A stretch of DNA of 64,000 bases from Alphaproteobacteria bacterium (GTDB lineage Bacteria > Pseudomonadota > Alphaproteobacteria > UBA828). Shown here in pieces: positions 1 through 12,762 of this stretch; the first letter of the stretch is position 1; each line of letters opens with the position of its first letter. The notes beneath the pieces are model-generated. The model was not told the DNA's origin. It saw nothing but the letters and a program-made list of their open reading frames with translations, and ran no database searches. The stretch covers positions 1,024,001-1,088,000 of the forward strand of contig CAXXMU010000006.1 in the NCBI GenBank assembly GCA_963667785.2, given 5' to 3'. The position numbers and the translations under genes are program-made.

Positions 1-310
1 GGCCCTTGTAGGCCGTGTTGATCGGCACGTAGACCGCCCCCAGATAGTTGGCACCGAGGAAGACGCGGAGCGCGTCGGCGCCGTTCGGCAGCCACGAGAG
101 CACGTGGTCGCCCTGCGCCACGCCGAGCGACTGCAGGCCGATGGCCGTCGCGATCACCTCGGCCCGCGTCTGCGCGTAGCTCCATTCCGCGCCGTCCTCG
201 AAGACGCAGAAGGTCTTGTCTGGCGTCTCCGCCGCCAGCCGGTCGAGCAGGTAGCGCAGCACGCACCTGTCGGCCGCCGGAATGCGCGGATCGCTGTGGG
301 ACGCCGCCAT
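1..310 (-). CDS. AMP-binding acyl-CoA ligase (CaiC-like), N-terminal part; runs off the window edge
   Basis: Manual translation of the minus strand from ATG at 310: MAASHSDPRIPAADRCVLRYLLDRLAAETPDKTF...WSYAQ...LQSLGVAQGDHVLSWLPN...LGAVYVPINTAYKG, typical of adenylate-forming enzymes. Not in the ORF track. Confidence 0.8.
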   Translation of the reverse strand, partial: MAASHSDPRIPAADRCVLRYLLDRLAAETPDKTFCVFEDGAEWSYAQTRAEVIATAIGLQSLGVAQGDHVLSWLPNGADALRVFLGANYLGAVYVPINTAYKG

Positions 311-579
311 CGCCTGTTCCACGCCTGTCGCTCGCTCGTGCTCCACCGTCGCCGAGGCCCCCTTGTAGCCCGGAGACGGCCCGCGATTAACCCGGATTCC
401 TCGCCACGGTCGCGGCCTGCGTCCCGCGCGCCCGGTCCGCGGGGAGCAGGCGCGCAAGCGAGAGCGACTGCCGTCCCGCCCTGGCGACGGCGCGGAGCGG
501 TCCAGTTTGCTTGACGGTGTGGAGCCCACGGCTTAGCCTCGATTGGCAGATGGTTTGGGAGGTGGGAGGTACAAAAACC

Positions 580-1854
580 ATGTGCATGAAATCATTCACG
601 AAAATAGGTCTTCAGCGGTGGCTGACCAGGTCACTCGCGGCAATCGCGCTGGCCGGAGCGGTGGCGTTTGCGGCCCCGGTGCAGGCGAACGACACCATCA
701 AGATCGGGTTCAGCATGGCGCTCACCGGCGGTCTCGCCGGAGCCGGCAAGGGTGCGCTGATCGCCATGCAGGTGTGGGCCGAGGACGTCAACGCCAAGGG
801 CGGCCTCCTCGGCAAGCAGGTCGAGCTCATCTACTACGACGATCAGACCAACCCCGCGAACGTGCCCGGCATCTATGCCAAGCTGCTCGACGTCGACGAG
901 GTCGACTTCGTGGTGTCCGGCTACGGCACCAACCTGATCGCGCCGGCGATGCCGCTCGTCATGCAGCGCGGGCTCGTCTTCCCCTCGCTCTTCGGTCTCG
1001 CGGTCAACGAGAAGTTCAACTACCCCAATTATTTCCAGATCATGCCGTCGGGGCCTGAGCCGATGACGGACTGGTCGAGGGGCTTCTTCGAGGTGGCCAT
1101 GGCGCAGGATCCGCCGCCGAAGACGATCGCGCTCGTGGGCGCCGACGCTGAATTCGCCAAGAACGCGGTCAACGGCGCCCGGACCAACGCGGAGAAGTAC
1201 GGCCTCGAGGTCGTCTACGACGAGTCCTACCCGCCGAAGACGGCGGACTACACCCCGATCGTCAACGCGATCCAGGCGCGCAGTCCGGACATCGTCTATG
1301 TGGGCTCCTATCCGCCTGATTCGGTCGGGATGGTGAAGGCGGCCACGGAGGTCGGGCTCAAGACCAGGATGTTCGGCGGCGGCATGGTGGGGCTGCAGTT
1401 CGCCTCCATCATGACCGCGCTCGGGCCGAAGCTGAACGGCATCGTGAACTACGACTTCTGGGTGCCGGAGCCGACGCTCCAGTTCGAGGGCGTCGAGGCC
1501 TTCCTCGCCAAGTACCAAAAGGCGGCCGAGGGCCAGGGCGTGGATCCGCTCGGCTTCTATCTCCAGCCCTATGCCTATGCGTACCTGCAGGTGCTGGAGC
1601 AGGGGATTACCGGTACGGGCAGCATGGATCACGCCGCAATCGGCGAATTCATCCGCAACAACGAGTTCGACACCGTCGTCGGCAAGGTGAGCTTCGCGCC
1701 GAACGGCGAGTGGGCGAACACGCGGGTGCTGATGGTCCAGTACCAGGGGATCGAGGACAACGAGCTTGCGACCTTCGCCACGGCGGGGACGCGCGTCGTT
1801 CTCTATCCGGGGGAGTGGACGTCCGGGACCATCAACTACCCGTACGCCCAGTAG
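580..1854 (+). CDS. LIV/HAAT-family ABC transporter substrate-binding protein
   Basis: Signal peptide, then IKIGFSMALTG...NAKGGLLGKQVELIYYDD. GGAGGT RBS at 565-570 before ATG 580. Confidence 0.9.
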   Translation: MCMKSFTKIGLQRWLTRSLAAIALAGAVAFAAPVQANDTIKIGFSMALTGGLAGAGKGALIAMQVWAEDVNAKGGLLGKQVELIYYDDQTNPANVPGIYAKLLDVDEVDFVVSGYGTNLIAPAMPLVMQRGLVFPSLFGLAVNEKFNYPNYFQIMPSGPEPMTDWSRGFFEVAMAQDPPPKTIALVGADAEFAKNAVNGARTNAEKYGLEVVYDESYPPKTADYTPIVNAIQARSPDIVYVGSYPPDSVGMVKAATEVGLKTRMFGGGMVGLQFASIMTALGPKLNGIVNYDFWVPEPTLQFEGVEAFLAKYQKAAEGQGVDPLGFYLQPYAYAYLQVLEQGITGTGSMDHAAIGEFIRNNEFDTVVGKVSFAPNGEWANTRVLMVQYQGIEDNELATFATAGTRVVLYPGEWTSGTINYPYAQ

Positions 1855-1953
1855 CCCGCGCTCCCGAGAGGAGCCAAACAGCGACAGTCGATGGAAATGT
1901 CATCCCGCACCCGACGGGATGACATTTCCCGTTCCCGCTAGGGCACCCCTTTC

Positions 1954-2826
1954 TTGTTCACCGTCGATCTTCTGTTGAACGCGCTCGTGGCGGGCGTGCT
2001 GCTCGGCGGCTTCTACGCCGCGGTGAGCCTCGGGCTGACCGTCTCGTTCGGGCAGCTCAACATCGTCAACATCGCGCACCCGGCCTTCATCATCCTCGGC
2101 TCCTACATCGCCTACATGTGCAACAGCCTGTGGGGGCTGGATCCGATCCTGGCCGGCATCATCTTCGTCCCGGTGTTCTTCCTCATCGGCGCCGGCGCCT
2201 ACCGGCTCTACTACGAGAGCTTCGAGCGCAAGGACGACGAAGCGCTGCGCGGTCTCGCCTTCTTCTTCGGTGTGATGTTCATCATCGAGGTCGGGCTGAT
2301 CATGGTCTACGGCGTGGACTTCCGCTCGGTGCAGGCGTCCTACATCGGACAGAACCTGAGAGTCGGCGGGGTCGGCGTGCCCACCCGCATGCTGGTGCCG
2401 TTCTGCGTCTCCGTCGCCATGTTCAGCGCGGTCTATCTCTACATGTCGCGCACCTTCAACGGCCGCGCGATCAAGGCCGTGGCGCAGGATCGGCTGGCGC
2501 TGCAGCTCATGGCCGCCGACCCGGTCAAGATCAAGCAGCTCGGCTTCGGCATCAGCATCGGCACCGCCGCGCTGGCGGGCGCGCTGCTGATCATCATCAT
2601 TCCGGTCGAGCCCTCGGTGGGCCGGCTCTACATCGGCCAGGTGTTCGCGATCGCGGTGCTCGCCGGGCTCGGATCGATCCCCGGCACGCTGGTGGCCGGC
2701 ATCGTCCTCGGCATCGCCGAAAGCCTGGTGTCGACGTTCTTCGGCCCCTCGTGGGCGCCCGCCGTGGCCTTCGGCATCCTGCTCCTGGCGCTGGCCTTCC
2801 GGCCGCAAGGGCTGTTCGGCCGATGA
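1954..2826 (+). CDS. LIV-family ABC permease (LivH-like)
   Basis: Hydrophobic; NIAH, GRAIKAVAQD and GLGSIPG motifs. Confidence 0.9.
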   Translation: MFTVDLLLNALVAGVLLGGFYAAVSLGLTVSFGQLNIVNIAHPAFIILGSYIAYMCNSLWGLDPILAGIIFVPVFFLIGAGAYRLYYESFERKDDEALRGLAFFFGVMFIIEVGLIMVYGVDFRSVQASYIGQNLRVGGVGVPTRMLVPFCVSVAMFSAVYLYMSRTFNGRAIKAVAQDRLALQLMAADPVKIKQLGFGISIGTAALAGALLIIIIPVEPSVGRLYIGQVFAIAVLAGLGSIPGTLVAGIVLGIAESLVSTFFGPSWAPAVAFGILLLALAFRPQGLFGR

Positions 2827-3812
2827 GAATGCCGGCGCTGAAGCTCTCGGCCTTCTGGATCTGCGCCGCCGTCGTGGTGCTGCTCGGCATCGCGGTGACG
2901 ATCTTCGACGTCTTCGCCATCAACACCTTCATCTACTTCGCCGCCTACGTCGTGCTGCAGTACGTGGTGCTGGCGACCGCCTGGAACATCATGGGCGGCT
3001 ACATGGGCTACGTGAACTTCGGCACCGCCGGCTTCTTCGCGGTCGGCGCCTATGCGTCCGTCGCGCTCTACAACCTGATTCAGGCGCCGCTCGCCCTGAT
3101 GATCCCGTTCTCGGGCGTCGTCTGCGCCCTGCTCGGGCTCGCCATGGGCTACCTGACGCTCCGGCTGCGGGGTGTCTTCTTCGCCATCGCGACGCTGGCG
3201 ATGGCGATCGTGCTCGAGACGATGATTCTCAACTGGGACTACGTGGGCGGCGCGACCGGCGCCTATATCCTGCGCGAGCGCGAGATGGCGCCGTTCGGCG
3301 ACTATGTCGAGTTCCTGTTCTTCGTGATGCTCCTGCTCGCGATCTTCGCCGTCGCGGTCGCGCGCTGGCTCGAGAGGTCGAAGACGGGGCGGGGCTTCGG
3401 CGCCATCCGCGACGACGAGGTCGCCGCCGAGTGCGCCGGCGTGCCCACGCTTCGGCTGAAGCTCATCGCGACGACCGTTTCCGGCTTCCTCATGGGAGTC
3501 GCCGGCGCGCCGTTCGCGCTCTATGTCGGCTTCATCGAGCCCTCGTCCGCCTTCAATCTCATCTACGCGGTCAACGCCATCGCGATGCCCATGATCGGCG
3601 GCGCGACCACCTGGCTGGGCCCGCTGATCGGGGCGCTGCTGCTCGGCACCGTGCAGCAGGTCGCCACGGTGACGATCTCGTCGGAGCTCAACCTCCTGAT
3701 CGTCGGCGTCGTTCTGGTGTTCTTCGTGATCGTGGCGCCGGAGGGGATCGTGGGACTGCTTCGAAAGTGGTGGAGGCCGCGAAAGTGGTGGAGGCCGCGC
3801 AATGACCGCTGA
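2823..3812 (+). CDS. LIV-family ABC permease (LivM-like)
   Basis: ATGA overlap with the previous stop; WNIMGGYMGYVNFG, LRLRGVFFAIATL and AIRDDEVAA motifs. Confidence 0.9.
   Translation: MRMPALKLSAFWICAAVVVLLGIAVTIFDVFAINTFIYFAAYVVLQYVVLATAWNIMGGYMGYVNFGTAGFFAVGAYASVALYNLIQAPLALMIPFSGVVCALLGLAMGYLTLRLRGVFFAIATLAMAIVLETMILNWDYVGGATGAYILREREMAPFGDYVEFLFFVMLLLAIFAVAVARWLERSKTGRGFGAIRDDEVAAECAGVPTLRLKLIATTVSGFLMGVAGAPFALYVGFIEPSSAFNLIYAVNAIAMPMIGGATTWLGPLIGALLLGTVQQVATVTISSELNLLIVGVVLVFFVIVAPEGIVGLLRKWWRPRKWWRPRNDR
3762..3799 (+). repeat. 18-bp tandem duplication CGAAAGTGGTGGAGGCCG x2 (RKWWRP x2)
   Basis: Read directly at 3762-3779 and 3780-3797. Confidence 0.95.
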
Positions 3813-4516
3813 CGCGTTGCTCGACGTGCGCGCCGTCACCAAGCGCTTCGGCGGCTTCACGGCGCTTGACCAGATCAGCATGGAGGTCAGGGCGGGCGAG
3901 CGCTTCGGCATGATCGGCCCGAACGGCTCCGGCAAGACCACCATGATCAACTGCATTTCCGGGACGCTGGCCAACGAGGGCGGCGAAATCCTCTTCAAGG
4001 GCGCGAGGCTCGACGGCAAGAAGCCCCATCAGCGCACGCGGCTGGGGATCGCGCGGTCGTTCCAGATTCCCAAGCCCTTCCGTTCGATGACGGTGCTCGA
4101 GAACCTCGGTATCGCGCTCGAATACGCGACCGACGCCGCGCCTAGCGAGGTTCGGGAGCGTGGCATGACGATCCTCGAGACGATCGGCCTGGCCGAACGC
4201 GCCGGCGAGAATGCCGGGGCGCTGACGCAGATCGACATGCGCAAGCTGGAGCTTGCCCGTGCAATGGCGACCGAGCCGGAACTGCTGATTTCCGACGAAG
4301 CGATGGCGGGGCTCTCGTCGACCGAGGTCGACGACATCCTCGACATCCTGTTCAAGCTGAACGAGGGCGGCATCACAATCATCATGATCGAGCACATCAT
4401 GCGGGCGGTCATGCGGTTCTCGACGCGGATCGTGGTGCTGGACGCGGGCCGCAAGATCGCGGACGGAAGGCCGGACGAAATCGTCAACGACCCCGAAGTA
4501 GAGAGGGCGTATCTCG

Positions 4517-4524
<8 letters not shown>
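3802..4524 (+). CDS. ABC ATP-binding protein (LivG-like)
   Basis: Walker A GPNGSGKT; IEH; C-terminal VERAYLG. Confidence 0.92.
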
Positions 4525-5248
<724 letters not shown>

Positions 5249-5289
5249 CGCAGGTGCCGATAGGAGGCGCGGGTGGTCCCGCGGCTCGC

Positions 5290-6429
5290 TCAGGCCGCGC
5301 CGACGGCGGCATCGAGGGCGCAGTCGAGGGTTGCAACCGCACTCTCGATCCCGTGCCGCTCGTGCACCCGCGCCGCCGCCGCCTCGCCCATGGCCCAACG
5401 CCTCCCGGCGTCGGCAGAGAGTTCGACCACCGCGCAGGCGAAGGCCACGTCGTCATGGCGCGGCGTGAGCAGCCCGGTCTCGCCGTCGGCGACGATCGCA
5501 CGGGCGCCGGGCCAGTCCTGCGCCACCGCCGGCAGGCCCGCGGCGCCCGCCTGCAGCAGGGCCATGGGCAGGGCCTCGTCGTAGGCGGGCCAGACGTAGG
5601 TGTCGCAGGCCGCATAGACCTCGGGCAGCGTCTCGTCCTCCCTCTCGCCGGCTAGCACCGCCCGGCCCGGCCCGAGGGGGCGGAGCGCCTCCTCCACCGG
5701 CGCGCGTGCCTCGCCGTCGCCGACCGCGACCAGCTGCCATGGCGGCGCGGCGACAAGCGCGAGCGCACGGCCCAGCAGGCGCCAGGAGGCGAGCGCGGCA
5801 CCGGCACGCATGGGGGCTTCGGCCAGCAGCCACGGGCGGGCGGGATCGAGCGGCAGGGTCGCCGCCAGTGCCCGGCGGGCCTCGTCGCGCCCGGCCGCGC
5901 GCCAGGGCGCGCTGTCGAGAAAGGGCGCGAGCCGGTGGAGCCGCGCCGGGTGTGCCACCAGCGGCCTGACGCTCTCCTCGTCTTTGGCCGTCAGCGACAG
6001 CACCGCGCGGGCGTGCGCGATGGCGCGCGCGGTGAGCGTCGCCCAGCCTCCCTGAGCGGCACCGGCGTCACCGCGCGGGTACGACGCGCCCACCAGCAGG
6101 TAGGGGATGGCGAGCGTATCGGCCACCGCAGGGCCTACCAGGTCGGGCGCGCCGGGATACAGGTGGCAGGTGAGCCAGGCCTCGGGCCGCACGGCGAACG
6201 GCAGGTCGCGGTAGGCGGCGACGAGGCGGCGGGCGTTCGCGGCGCCCTTCCGCTCCAGCGCGTTCTGCCGGCGGCGATCTCCCTCGGCGCCGTCGCTGCG
6301 GAATTCGGTGGGCGCGAGCAGGGTGTGGCCGGCAGCCTCCAGCGCCTGTGCGACAGGCCGCACCAGCGAGGGCCGGCCCTGCTGCGCCATGCTCGTTCGA
6401 TCCGACGGCGTGTAGAGCGCGATGCGCAT
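5290..6429 (-). CDS. GT-B/GT4-family glycosyltransferase, divergent
   Basis: Start MRIALYTP; C-terminal VGDGEAR...YAACDTYVWPAYDEALPMALLQAGAAGLP...GETGLL. Confidence 0.8.
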   Translation of the reverse strand: MRIALYTPSDRTSMAQQGRPSLVRPVAQALEAAGHTLLAPTEFRSDGAEGDRRRQNALERKGAANARRLVAAYRDLPFAVRPEAWLTCHLYPGAPDLVGPAVADTLAIPYLLVGASYPRGDAGAAQGGWATLTARAIAHARAVLSLTAKDEESVRPLVAHPARLHRLAPFLDSAPWRAAGRDEARRALAATLPLDPARPWLLAEAPMRAGAALASWRLLGRALALVAAPPWQLVAVGDGEARAPVEEALRPLGPGRAVLAGEREDETLPEVYAACDTYVWPAYDEALPMALLQAGAAGLPAVAQDWPGARAIVADGETGLLTPRHDDVAFACAVVELSADAGRRWAMGEAAAARVHERHGIESAVATLDCALDAAVGAA

Positions 6430-6556
6430 GTCAGCCGTCGGCGCGCGCAAGGCGCGGGCCGAGGGCGGGGGCTGTCGACAGCGCCTCCGCATTGGCGTTT
6501 GCGCCGCCCGCCCCCCATCGGCGATCATCCGGCGCCAGCAACAGGGAGAACCCCCG

Positions 6557-7264
6557 GTGACCGAAACGCCCCTCAACGAGGCCGAGTTGGCGGCGCTCAG
6601 AGCCTACGATACGCCCACGATCTGCAACGCGCTGGAGATCGTCTGCCCCGAGCGCCGCACCCTCGGCTTCACGACCGAGACGCTGATCTGCTCCTTCCCC
6701 GCGCTTGCGCCCATGGTGGGCTATGCGCGGACCGCCACGATCCGCTCGATGGAGAAGCCGGCGAAGGACGCCGACGCGCTGAGCGCGGACCGGGTGACCT
6801 ATTACCGCTACGTGGAGGAGGGCCACGGCCCCTCCATCATGGTCATCCAGGACATCGATTCCAGGCCGGGCGCGGCGTCGTGGTGGGGCGAAGTGCATTC
6901 CGCCGTGCATCAGGCGCTGGGCTGCCTCGGCGTGGTGACCAACGGCGCGGTGCGCGATCTCGACATGGTCGCCGACGGCTTCCAGTTCCTCTCGGGCACG
7001 GTGGTGCCGTCGCATGCCTGGGTCCATCTGGTGAGCCATGGCGAGCCGGTGGACGTCTGCGGCATGCTGACGCATTCGGGCGATCTGGTGCATGCGGACC
7101 GCCACGGCGCGGTCATCATCCCGCACGAGGCGGCACGCGAGGTGCCGGCGGCGGCCGAGCTCTGCATGCGCCGGGAGGCGCCGATTCTCGCGGCCTGCAA
7201 GGAGCCGGGCTTTTCCGCCGAGGTCATGGCGCGGGTGATGAGCGAGGCGAAGGAAATCCACTAG
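6557..7264 (+). CDS. RraA/HMG aldolase family protein
   Basis: YDTPTICNALE, WWGEV, GVVTNGAVRD, GDLVHADRHG; GTG start after GGGAG. Confidence 0.85.
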   Translation: MTETPLNEAELAALRAYDTPTICNALEIVCPERRTLGFTTETLICSFPALAPMVGYARTATIRSMEKPAKDADALSADRVTYYRYVEEGHGPSIMVIQDIDSRPGAASWWGEVHSAVHQALGCLGVVTNGAVRDLDMVADGFQFLSGTVVPSHAWVHLVSHGEPVDVCGMLTHSGDLVHADRHGAVIIPHEAAREVPAAAELCMRREAPILAACKEPGFSAEVMARVMSEAKEIH

Positions 7265-8025
7265 CCGGCGCGGGACGCGGCACGGTCGCGGGCCGCCTCC
7301 CCGAAGGCGCCGAAGATCGCCAGCGAGAACGGGTCGTCCGCGACCTTCCACTCCGGGTGCCACTGCACGCCGAGCGCGAACGCGGGCGCATCGTCGACGC
7401 GCACGGCCTCGATCTGGCCGTCCGGCGCGGTCGCCTCGACCACCAGGCCGGGCGCGAGACGGTCGATCCCCTGCGCGTGCAGCGAGTTGACCGCGACCTC
7501 GCGCCCAGGCCAGAGCGAGGCCAGCAGGCCGCCGGCGGCAAGCGTCACCTCATGGGCCGGCCCGTACTGCACGTCACGGGCCTGAGAGCCGTCCGAACGA
7601 TGGTCGAGCCGGCCGGGCAGGCGATGGACCTCCTGATGCAGGCTGCCGCCGAGGGCGACATTGAGCTCCTGCACGCCCCGGCAGATGCAGAAGATGGGCA
7701 CGCCCGCCTCGATCGCCGCCCGGATCAGCGGCAGCGTCGTCGCGTCGCGCTCGGGGTCGTGGAGCGTGCCGTCGGCGCTCGGCGGGCCGTCATAGAGCGC
7801 GGGCTCCACGTTCGACGGGCTGCCGGTGAAGAGCAGGCCGTCGAAGCGCTCGAGCACCGCGTTGCGGTCGAGCGCCGGGCCGAGCGCAGGCACCGCAAGC
7901 GGCAGGCCGCCGGCGGCCTCGGCGACCGCCCTCATGTACTTGTCGCCGACGACATGGAAGGGGTGAATGCCGATCTCCCGCGTACACGCGGGCAGGCCGA
8001 TCAGCGGAACCGGCGGCGCCGTCAT
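7261..8025 (-). CDS. puuD: Gamma-glutamyl-gamma-aminobutyrate hydrolase family (peptidase C26)
   Basis: ICRGVQELNV nucleophile elbow, VNSLHAQ, GVQWHPE. Confidence 0.85.
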   Translation of the reverse strand: MTAPPVPLIGLPACTREIGIHPFHVVGDKYMRAVAEAAGGLPLAVPALGPALDRNAVLERFDGLLFTGSPSNVEPALYDGPPSADGTLHDPERDATTLPLIRAAIEAGVPIFCICRGVQELNVALGGSLHQEVHRLPGRLDHRSDGSQARDVQYGPAHEVTLAAGGLLASLWPGREVAVNSLHAQGIDRLAPGLVVEATAPDGQIEAVRVDDAPAFALGVQWHPEWKVADDPFSLAIFGAFGEAARDRAASRAG

Positions 8026-8031
8026 GGCGGC

Positions 8032-9381
8032 TCAGCTATCACGAGGGCCGTCGGCGGGCAAGAAGCCGCCCCGCCGCACAATCCCCAGGTAGATGACGCC
8101 GAGGCCGGCGCCTCGCACCACGTAGAGCAGCGTCATCGCCAGCCACAGGCCGTGATTGCCCAGCGGCTCGCGCAGGAGCCAGGCGCAGGGCACGAAGACG
8201 GCGAAGGCCAGCATCATCGTGTTGCGCATGTCGGCGGTGCGGGTGGTGCCGGTGAAGACGCCGTCGAAGAAGATGCCCCACACCGCGACCAGCGGCAGCG
8301 CGATCAGCCAGGGCAAGTAGTCGTAGGCGACCGCGCGCACGGGCTCGATGTCGGTCAGCACGCGAATGACCGGCAGGCCGGCAAGGCCGTAAACCGCGAC
8401 CGTGAGGAGGGCGAGGGCGAGGCTCCAGAGCAGGCAGACCCGGATGGCGCGGGCGAGATCCTCGCGGCGCCGGGCGCCGAGGGCGCGGCCGGTGAGCGCC
8501 TCGACGGCGAACGCGAAGCCGTCGAACGCGAAGTTGAAGAAGACGACGAAGTTGAGCAGCACCGCGTTGGCGGCGAGCACCACGTCGCCCTGGCGCGCGC
8601 TCAGCGTGGTGAACAGTGCGAACGCCGTGATCACGAACAGCGTGCGCAGGAAGATATCGCGGTTGATGCCGAGGAAGCGCCGCATGGCGGTGACATCGAG
8701 GAGGAGGTGGGGGCGCCACTGGCCGCCATGGCGGCGCGCGAGGCGGGCGGTGACGACCAGGCCCAGCAGGAGCCCCCAATAGTCGGCTGCCACCGTGGCC
8801 CAGGCGGCGCCGGCGACGGCAAGGTCGAAGCCGAGCACCAGCACCAGGTCGAGCACGATGTTGATGCCGTTGACCGTCAGCAGCAGCGCCAGCGCGGCCC
8901 GGGTGTTCTGCATCCCGATGAACCAGCCCACGAGCGCGATGTTGGCGAGCGCCGCCGGCGCCCCCCAGATGCGGATGAAGAAGTAGCCCATGCCCTCGCC
9001 GGCGACCGCCTCGCTCGGCTCCACCAGATGGAAGGCGAGCCGTCCGATCGGCCCCTGCAGCGCGAGCAGCAGCGCCGCCAGCACGAGGGCGATGACGAGC
9101 GCGCGGGCAAGCGTCGCGCGGGCACCGTCGAAGTCGCGGGCGCCGTAGTACTGGGCGGTCAGCCCCGTGGTGCCCATGCGCAGGAAATTGCTGCCGAAAT
9201 AGATCGTGTTGAAGATCAGCGCGCCGACCGCGACCGCGCCCAGAAAATGCGGCTCGGGCAGGTGGCCGATGACCGCCGTGTCCACCGCGCCGAGCAGCGG
9301 GACGGAGAGGTTGGAGACGACCATCGGCCAGGCCAGTCGCCAGACCCGCCGATGCCAGACCCACTCACGCATCGGCGACAT
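8032..9381 (-). CDS. dinF: MATE efflux transporter, DinF subfamily
   Basis: SNLSVPLLGAVDTAVIGHL, FLRMGTTGLTAQ, DGFAFAVEAL. Confidence 0.9.
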   Translation of the reverse strand: MSPMREWVWHRRVWRLAWPMVVSNLSVPLLGAVDTAVIGHLPEPHFLGAVAVGALIFNTIYFGSNFLRMGTTGLTAQYYGARDFDGARATLARALVIALVLAALLLALQGPIGRLAFHLVEPSEAVAGEGMGYFFIRIWGAPAALANIALVGWFIGMQNTRAALALLLTVNGINIVLDLVLVLGFDLAVAGAAWATVAADYWGLLLGLVVTARLARRHGGQWRPHLLLDVTAMRRFLGINRDIFLRTLFVITAFALFTTLSARQGDVVLAANAVLLNFVVFFNFAFDGFAFAVEALTGRALGARRREDLARAIRVCLLWSLALALLTVAVYGLAGLPVIRVLTDIEPVRAVAYDYLPWLIALPLVAVWGIFFDGVFTGTTRTADMRNTMMLAFAVFVPCAWLLREPLGNHGLWLAMTLLYVVRGAGLGVIYLGIVRRGGFLPADGPRDS

Positions 9382-9438
9382 CGGCCGGATCGCGCGCCCC
9401 TGTGGCCGGCGGGCGGGCGAGAACGGGGCGCCCGGCGC

Positions 9439-10101
9439 TCAGCGTTCCACGCGCGGCGTCTTGCGCGGGTTCTCGAACACGAACAGCGTCGGCCGCAGCA
9501 CGATATTCGTCTCGAGATCGTGCAGGGCGACGGTGGTGACGAAGCCCTGCGCATCCGTCACCTGCCAGCCGCGCAGCAGGAACGGGTCGGCATCCAGGAC
9601 GAGCGTCAGGCTGCCGGCGCCGGCATCGTCCGGCCGCACCACGGTGATCGCGATGCGCCCGTCGATCTCCGCGAACGCGGTCACCACCAGGTCCTCGCCG
9701 AAGCGCATCTCCTCCTTCGTGAGCGAGCCGAGCGGGGTGTCGAAGATGAACCAGTCGTTGACCTGGCCGAGCTCCATGTCGTGATAGTGCAGCAGCAGCC
9801 CGTCGCCCACGATCAGCACCGGCACCGGCGGTGCGTATTCCACGCGAAGCCGGCCGGGCCGGCGCAGATAGAGCACGCCCTCGGCGCGGTCGCCCTCCGG
9901 CCCGACCTGCCGGAAATCCGCCCTGAGCGTGTCGATCCCGTTCAGATAGCCCTCGACGGCGGCAAGCGTTTGCTGCTCTGCCGGGTCGAGGCTTGCGGGA
10001 ACGGCCTCCTGGCCCTGCGCCGGCGGAGCGGCCGCGAGCCAGACGGCCAGCAGGGCGCCGATGCAGAGCAGGGCGGCGGCACGGAACGTCGTCATCGACA
10101 T
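9439..10101 (-). CDS. lolA: Outer-membrane lipoprotein carrier LolA
   Basis: Signal peptide; TLRADFRQ, LRRPGRLRVEY, WQVTDAQG; directly downstream of ftsK. Confidence 0.88.
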   Translation of the reverse strand: MSMTTFRAAALLCIGALLAVWLAAAPPAQGQEAVPASLDPAEQQTLAAVEGYLNGIDTLRADFRQVGPEGDRAEGVLYLRRPGRLRVEYAPPVPVLIVGDGLLLHYHDMELGQVNDWFIFDTPLGSLTKEEMRFGEDLVVTAFAEIDGRIAITVVRPDDAGAGSLTLVLDADPFLLRGWQVTDAQGFVTTVALHDLETNIVLRPTLFVFENPRKTPRVER

Positions 10102-10171
10102 CGTGCCTGGAATGTAGGGTGCGCGGCCCGCGCTGCCAATCGCGGGCTGCGATCGTGGCGAGAAATCCCTG

Positions 10172-12592
<2,421 letters not shown>

Positions 12593-12762
12593 CTGCTGCC
12601 CCTGCGTACGAGTCGAGCCGAATCGAACATCACACCAGTTTACAGGAGGTTATATGGCTCTGTTAAGGGGAGAGTCGAAGCCGGGGATATGGACCATACC
12701 GGGTACGGACCGCCGCTCGCCCTCCTGCGCGGATCAATCCCGCGCGGCCGACCCGTTCCCGG

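Noticed and set aside
12630-12670. CtrA site upstream of ftsK
   Set aside because: Only a TTAAC half-site is present; the TTAA-N7-TTAA spacing is not met.
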